Source of the DNA: a virus
Lineage: Duplodnaviria; Caudoviricetes
Length of the DNA stretch: 60,073 nt
IMG/VR virus record: IMGVR_UViG_3300016484_000569
Coordinates: 1 to 60,073 of that record
Reading direction: 5' to 3' (one strand)
Shown here: positions 55,253 to 60,073 of the stretch, one piece after another
Layout of the letters: every line of letters starts with the position of its first letter
Position numbering within the stretch: the stretch's first letter is position 1
Made by a program: the position numbers and the translations under genes
The notes under the pieces: model-generated
Told to the model about the DNA's origin: nothing
What the model saw: the letters and a program-made list of their open reading frames with translations, nothing else
Databases searched by the model: none

Positions 55253-56266
55253 ATGAGCAACATCGTTCCCAGCAATATCCAAATCCCGGCCCACCTCGCC
55301 CGTGTGGTCGGTCAGCCCTCGGCCCTGTCGGCCGCTCTGGCTGGTGGTCTGTCCGGCGGTGCGAACTACCCCCGCATCTCCATCAAGGGTGCGCGGTTCC
55401 GCATCGTGGAAGACGGCACGGAGACCGTGCTCGAAGACACCAAGCTGTCGGTCGTGATCGTGGGTGCCAACCCCCGTCTGTCGAAGACGTACTACGCAAA
55501 GCAGTGGACCCCCGACAGTGAGCCGGTCTCGCCGGACTGCTACTCGCTGGATGGCATCCGCCCCGCTGCCGACAGCACCACGCCGCAGCATGACATCTGC
55601 GCCTCCTGCCCGATGAACGCATGGGGGTCCAAGGTCACGCCGCTCGGCCAGCAGATCAAGGCCTGCGCCGACCAGAAGCGTCTGGCTGTCGTGGCGTCCA
55701 ATGATCCGACCGGGCCGACCTACCTGCTGCAGGTCACGCCCGCCGCGCTCAAGGGGCTGGCGGCCTACCAGAAGGAACTGTCGCACCGTGGCATCCCGGT
55801 CGAGGCGGTCAAGACCGTGGTGACCTTCGACACCGACGCCAGCTTCCCCAAGCTGCTGTTCAAGTTCGGCGGCTTCCTCGATGAGGAAGAATACGCCGCC
55901 GTGGAAGAACTGTTCGGCTCGGACAAGGTGCTGGAGATCACCGGCGAGAAGGCCGCTGCCGCGCCGGAGGAGGAAGCCCCGGCTCCCAAGCCCGCTGCCA
56001 AGGTGGCTGCCAAGCCCGCTGTGAAGGCCGCGCCGGAGCCGGAGCCGGAGCCGGAAGCGCCGAAGCGTGGGTTCGGTGCCAAGGCTGCGCCGAAGGCGGC
56101 CCCGGTCGCGGAGGAAGACGAAGCCCCGGCCGCGAAGCCGAAGGCGGCCGCCAAGCCCGCTGCCAAGCCCGCTGCCAAGGCTGCGCCGAAGGTCGAGAAG
56201 GCCGGGACGACGTCGCTGGCAGACGAGATCGCCGCTCTGATGGAGGATATGGACGAAGATGACTGA
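55253..56266 (+). CDS. Putative single-stranded DNA-binding protein
   Basis: RISIKG..FR, PDCYS.DG..P, CxxC...KAC domain, (AKPA)n linker, acidic tail EDMDEDD. Confidence 0.65.
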   Translation: MSNIVPSNIQIPAHLARVVGQPSALSAALAGGLSGGANYPRISIKGARFRIVEDGTETVLEDTKLSVVIVGANPRLSKTYYAKQWTPDSEPVSPDCYSLDGIRPAADSTTPQHDICASCPMNAWGSKVTPLGQQIKACADQKRLAVVASNDPTGPTYLLQVTPAALKGLAAYQKELSHRGIPVEAVKTVVTFDTDASFPKLLFKFGGFLDEEEYAAVEELFGSDKVLEITGEKAAAAPEEEAPAPKPAAKVAAKPAVKAAPEPEPEPEAPKRGFGAKAAPKAAPVAEEDEAPAAKPKAAAKPAAKPAAKAAPKVEKAGTTSLADEIAALMEDMDEDD

Positions 56267-56543
56267 GCCAAAGGCGATCCCCTTCGAACGGATCGACTCC
56301 CTCAGACGTCACATGATGCTCACCAAAGGGCAGATGGCACGGTTACTCGGGGTATCCCGAGTAACCTACTACAACTGGCGGGCAGCCGGGCAGGTAGCAC
56401 CACGAAATATGGTGTATACACGGAAGGTGCTCAAGGAACTGCTTAGGATCATGGTCGATCATGAGTGGCCTTCCCCCCGTGTGGTAGCCATGGAGAGCGA
56501 CGAGCGTCTGGTGGAACTACAAAAACTGGTCCACATAGTGTAA
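56259..56543 (+). CDS. XRE/Cro-like HTH regulator
   Basis: LTKGQMARLLGVSRVTYYNW. Confidence 0.8.
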   Translation: MTEPKAIPFERIDSLRRHMMLTKGQMARLLGVSRVTYYNWRAAGQVAPRNMVYTRKVLKELLRIMVDHEWPSPRVVAMESDERLVELQKLVHIV

Positions 56544-56567
56544 GGGTGGGGGTTCACGCCCCCATTC
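56544..56567 (+). other. Intergenic hairpin before the primase gene
   Basis: GGGTGGGGG-TTCACG-CCCCCATTC. Confidence 0.5.
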
Positions 56568-56586
56568 ATCCGAGCAGGGTAGGGAT

Positions 56587-59457
56587 ATGGACACAGCAGG
56601 GTTCTTGGGCAGAGTGCTGCCTGACGTTGGGTATTATGTAGCGACTGTTATTAACCCGGATCGTCGCGCGCAGAAGTTTTATGAGAGCATTGATGCTCTT
56701 GCGAACGCAGTGCTTCGCATCGACATGGCAGGCAGCAACGTATACTATGCCATGTCGTCGTTCATCGACACGACCAGTCGAAAACAGGTCAACGTCCTCA
56801 AGACCAAGGCGCTATTCATCGACGTCGATTGTGGTGAGGACAAACCCTTCGCAGATCAGCGCGCTGGTGCCAAGGCCCTCCGCGCCTTCCTCAAGGCCAG
56901 CGGCATGCCCGCCCCCCTCATCGTCTCGTCTGGTCGTGGTCTCCATGTCTACTGGCCGCTGACCGAGGCGCTGGACCCGGCCGACTGGCAGCCGCTGGCT
57001 GACGCCCTGAAAACATGTGCCCAGCATCACGGGTTCGAGATCGACCCCACGGTGACCGCGGACAGTGCCCGGGTGCTGCGCCCGGTGGGCACCCACAATC
57101 CCAAGAACGGCGCAGAGGTGATGATCCTCAAGGACGCGCCAGACTATGACCCGGAAGACCTGCGGCAGGTGCTGGCCCAGTTCATGGGCGTGTCGATGCC
57201 GAAGAAGGCGGCAGCCCGTGGCCTTGCCGCGCAGACCAAGGTTTCCAGCATCACGGCATCGCTGTCGTCCGGTCAGCAATACGCGCCCGCCTCTGCTGGG
57301 AACATCGTCCAAGGATGCGCCCAGATCGCATGGGGTGTGAACCATCAGGGTGATGTCGAGGAGCCGTTCTGGTACGCCATGCTGGGTATCGCTGCCTACT
57401 GCGACGACGCCGAAGGGACGGCCGTCGCATGGTCGGACCAGCACCCCGAATACGACTACTCCAACACCATCACCAAGATGGAGCAGTGGCGGCGGCAGTC
57501 GACCGGCCCGGCCACTTGCAAACGCTTCAAGGAGATGCGCAAGTCCGGCTGCGACAAGTGCCCCTTTGCCAACAAGCTGACCAGCCCGGCCCAGATCGGG
57601 CAGCGGTTCGCTGAGGCCGAGGGTCCGGTAGAAGATGTGTTGGACACCGTCGCCCACGACGTGCCCATGCCCAAGGGCTACAAGCGGATGGCAAGCGGCG
57701 GCATTGCACAGGACGTCGAGGGCACCGACATCGAGGTGACCACCTTCGACATCTACCCGGTGGGCTATGGGCGCGACGAGGCGCTGGGCTACGAGGTGGT
57801 GCGCTACCACTGGAAGCGCCCGCACAAGGGCTGGCAGGAACTCAAGTTCCGGCAGGCTTACCTCGCCGACGGCAACCGCGAGTTCCCCACCGCCATCGCA
57901 GACCAAGGTATCGTTCTCAGCCACAAGGTTCACACCGAAAGGTTCCAGATGATGTTGCGCTCTTACATGGACGAACTGCGCAAGATGCGGACCACCACCA
58001 ACCTCTACACCTCACTCGGCTGGAAGGAGGACAACACCATCTTCCTGCTCGGCACGAAGCAGGTGCGGAAGGACGAACAAGGGCAGACGGTCACCGAGGA
58101 TGTGGTGCTGTCGTCGTCGGTCCAGCGCACGGGCGCAGGGATGTACGTCACCAAGGGTGAACATGCGAAGTGGCTCAAGGTCACCAAGCTGATGCAACTG
58201 GCTGGTCTCAAGGCGCACAAGTTCGCCCTCGGCGTCTCCATGTCCGCGCCGCTCTACCAGTTCACCGGTCTCAAGGGTGCGGTGCTGTCCCTCTACGGGC
58301 CGACCGGCAGCGGCAAGTCGCTGGCCCAGCTTGCGATGCAGTCCGTCTGGGGCGACCCGGTCGAGTTGCACTTCCAGTCGAAGTACACCCAGAACGCCCT
58401 GTTCACCCGCCTGTCGTTCTACTGCAACCTGCCCATGACCATCGACGAGACCACCATGATGCCCGACAAGGAGGTCGGGGACTTCATCTACGGGGTCACA
58501 CAGGGTCGGGACAAGAGCCGCCTCAATGCCAGAGCCGAGGAGCGTGATGCCCGCACATGGGCCGCGCCCGTGGCGCTGTCGACCAACCGCCCGATGGGCG
58601 GCAAGCTGCTGGCTGCCTCGTTCGAGACGGATGCGCAGATGGCGCGGATGCTGGAACTGGCGCTCGATGCGTCAGACATATTCTCAGAAGGCACCGAGAC
58701 AGGACGCAAGTTCTACGAGACCATCACCCGCAACCACGGGCACGTCGGCCCGAAGGTGATCCACTACCTTGTGGAGATGGGTGAAGACGCTGCACGGAAG
58801 CTGGTCACGGACCACATGAGCAACTTCCAGAAGAAGTACAAGGTACGGTTCACTGGTGAGGAGCGGTACTGGGAGGTGATGATCGTCCTTGCCGATCTGA
58901 TGAACAAGATCGCCGTGGAGAAAGGGTGGGTGGAGTACGAGTACGAAGACGCCACCGAGTTCGCCCTGCTGCAGGCTGGCATGATCCGGCGCAGCATCGC
59001 CGCCACCAAGGTGGACGAGTTCGATATGCTGGCAGAGTTCCTGAACGAGATGCGGGATGCCACGGTCGTCATGATGAACACCGATGGCGGCGGCACCTAT
59101 TACGATCCGCTTCGGCTTCCTCGGGGAGAGGTGCGGGTGCGTATGGACCTATACCGCAAGACCATGCAGTCCCCCTTCGACCGCGGCATCCTGCTGGTGG
59201 ACCGGGTCTTCTTCCGCAAGTGGCTGTCCAGCAAGGGCGGCGACTTCAAGCGGCTGGTGGACATCCTTGCTGCGGACGCAGCCGACGCCACCCCGCACTC
59301 CAAGAAGGCCATGCTCGGGCGCGGCACAGAACTCCGCCTGCCACAGACCTATGTGCTGGGCATCAACCTCAGCCACGACCGACTGAGGGACATGCTCAAC
59401 AACCAAGACTCTCGGCCGGAGAACATGACCCTCGGTCAGTTGCGCGCGGTGCCCTAA
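56587..59457 (+). CDS. Primase-helicase (AEP/RepB-like primase, Cys cluster, DUF927-like ATPase)
   Basis: FIDVD, SSGRGLHVYW, RVLRPVGT.N.K; C...PATC...CDKCP; GPTGSGKS, TIDE, GRDKSR. Confidence 0.88.
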   Translation: MDTAGFLGRVLPDVGYYVATVINPDRRAQKFYESIDALANAVLRIDMAGSNVYYAMSSFIDTTSRKQVNVLKTKALFIDVDCGEDKPFADQRAGAKALRAFLKASGMPAPLIVSSGRGLHVYWPLTEALDPADWQPLADALKTCAQHHGFEIDPTVTADSARVLRPVGTHNPKNGAEVMILKDAPDYDPEDLRQVLAQFMGVSMPKKAAARGLAAQTKVSSITASLSSGQQYAPASAGNIVQGCAQIAWGVNHQGDVEEPFWYAMLGIAAYCDDAEGTAVAWSDQHPEYDYSNTITKMEQWRRQSTGPATCKRFKEMRKSGCDKCPFANKLTSPAQIGQRFAEAEGPVEDVLDTVAHDVPMPKGYKRMASGGIAQDVEGTDIEVTTFDIYPVGYGRDEALGYEVVRYHWKRPHKGWQELKFRQAYLADGNREFPTAIADQGIVLSHKVHTERFQMMLRSYMDELRKMRTTTNLYTSLGWKEDNTIFLLGTKQVRKDEQGQTVTEDVVLSSSVQRTGAGMYVTKGEHAKWLKVTKLMQLAGLKAHKFALGVSMSAPLYQFTGLKGAVLSLYGPTGSGKSLAQLAMQSVWGDPVELHFQSKYTQNALFTRLSFYCNLPMTIDETTMMPDKEVGDFIYGVTQGRDKSRLNARAEERDARTWAAPVALSTNRPMGGKLLAASFETDAQMARMLELALDASDIFSEGTETGRKFYETITRNHGHVGPKVIHYLVEMGEDAARKLVTDHMSNFQKKYKVRFTGEERYWEVMIVLADLMNKIAVEKGWVEYEYEDATEFALLQAGMIRRSIAATKVDEFDMLAEFLNEMRDATVVMMNTDGGGTYYDPLRLPRGEVRVRMDLYRKTMQSPFDRGILLVDRVFFRKWLSSKGGDFKRLVDILAADAADATPHSKKAMLGRGTELRLPQTYVLGINLSHDRLRDMLNNQDSRPENMTLGQLRAVP

Positions 59458-60073
59458 TTCGCGGTGAGCAGGTCAACCATCCGCTGCAGATCGGCCTCAG
59501 CAGCATCCGGGGCGGACCGCAGGGTCCGCTCCACCGCCGGGCGACGGGCTTCTTTCAGCGCCTTCTGGGAGTTCTTGACGAAGTTCCGCACCTCCAGCGC
59601 CGTGCCCTTGGCCCCGGCGTTCCAGTCCTCCACGGCTGCCTCGATCTCGCGCGCCCGGGCGCGATCTCCGCGCATCGTCGCCTTGATCCATGCCGTGCGG
59701 AACCCGGTCGCAACCTCCCGCTGGTAGTCGGTCATCCGCTTGGCAGAGCGGATCATCTCATACTGCTTGGCCGCTTCGGACGGGTAGAAGCCCAGCGCCC
59801 GGGCAACCACGGTGCCAGTGGTCATTTGGTCCGAGACGACATAGCCGCGCCGATCCACGATGGCCCCGTTCTGCAGGTAGGCATAGGTGTCCCCCAGCGC
59901 GCGAGCCATGGTGATGGGCGACTCCCGAAACACATCCTCCAGCGACGTCGTGGTGGAGAATGGCGCAGCGATGGCGTCCGCCGCGAACTGCGCGGTGCCG
60001 ATCAGCATCGACGGTGCCGGTCCGAAGATTTCCCCCAGACCACGCAGTGAGTCGCTTCCAGCCAGCAGGATGT
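59454..60073 (-). CDS. C-terminal 206 aa of the giant internal virion protein (continuation of 7105..1)
   Basis: Base 1 plus bases 60073-60072 form codon GAC; the frame reads ...LLPGT-D-ILLAGSDSLRGLGEIFGPAPSM, in frame with the 59454..60008 ORF. Confidence 0.9.
   Translation of the reverse strand, partial: ILLAGSDSLRGLGEIFGPAPSMLIGTAQFAADAIAAPFSTTTSLEDVFRESPITMARALGDTYAYLQNGAIVDRRGYVVSDQMTTGTVVARALGFYPSEAAKQYEMIRSAKRMTDYQREVATGFRTAWIKATMRGDRARAREIEAAVEDWNAGAKGTALEVRNFVKNSQKALKEARRPAVERTLRSAPDAAEADLQRMVDLLTAN

Overview
The window looks like a complete, circularly permuted ~60-kb high-GC podovirus-type phage genome. One reading frame runs off position 1 and resumes in frame at position 60073. 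The host is probably an alphaproteobacterium; this is inferred from the boxA variant and 'LRPxxRP' motifs and is not proven. The minus-strand late arm (36371 to 1, then 60073 to 59454) carries terS, terL, a fibre/appendage operon ending in a heme oxygenase-like gene, portal, scaffold, major capsid, decoration, adaptors, a second fibre cluster, an M15 endolysin plus holin, the tail nozzle, and internal virion proteins. The last of these is a 2,574-aa polyvalent protein missing from the ORF track. The plus-strand early/replication arm (36736 to 59457) carries many small ORFs, a MoxR-like AAA ATPase/DUF3150-like/metallopeptidase-vWA trio, a dNTP diphosphohydrolase, an HTH-GIY-YIG gene, PolA, Cas4-like and VRR-NUC nucleases, an SNF2 helicase, an Acb2/Tad1-like protein, SSB and a primase-helicase. 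The most striking signals are non-coding: a textbook type II hammerhead ribozyme at 39394-39461, an rrn-style boxB-boxA antitermination leader at 36640-36667, and an AT-rich origin-like region with 13 TTTACA copies. No integrase, tRNA, CRISPR array or reverse transcriptase was seen. Family assignments come from motif recognition by eye; no database search was run.
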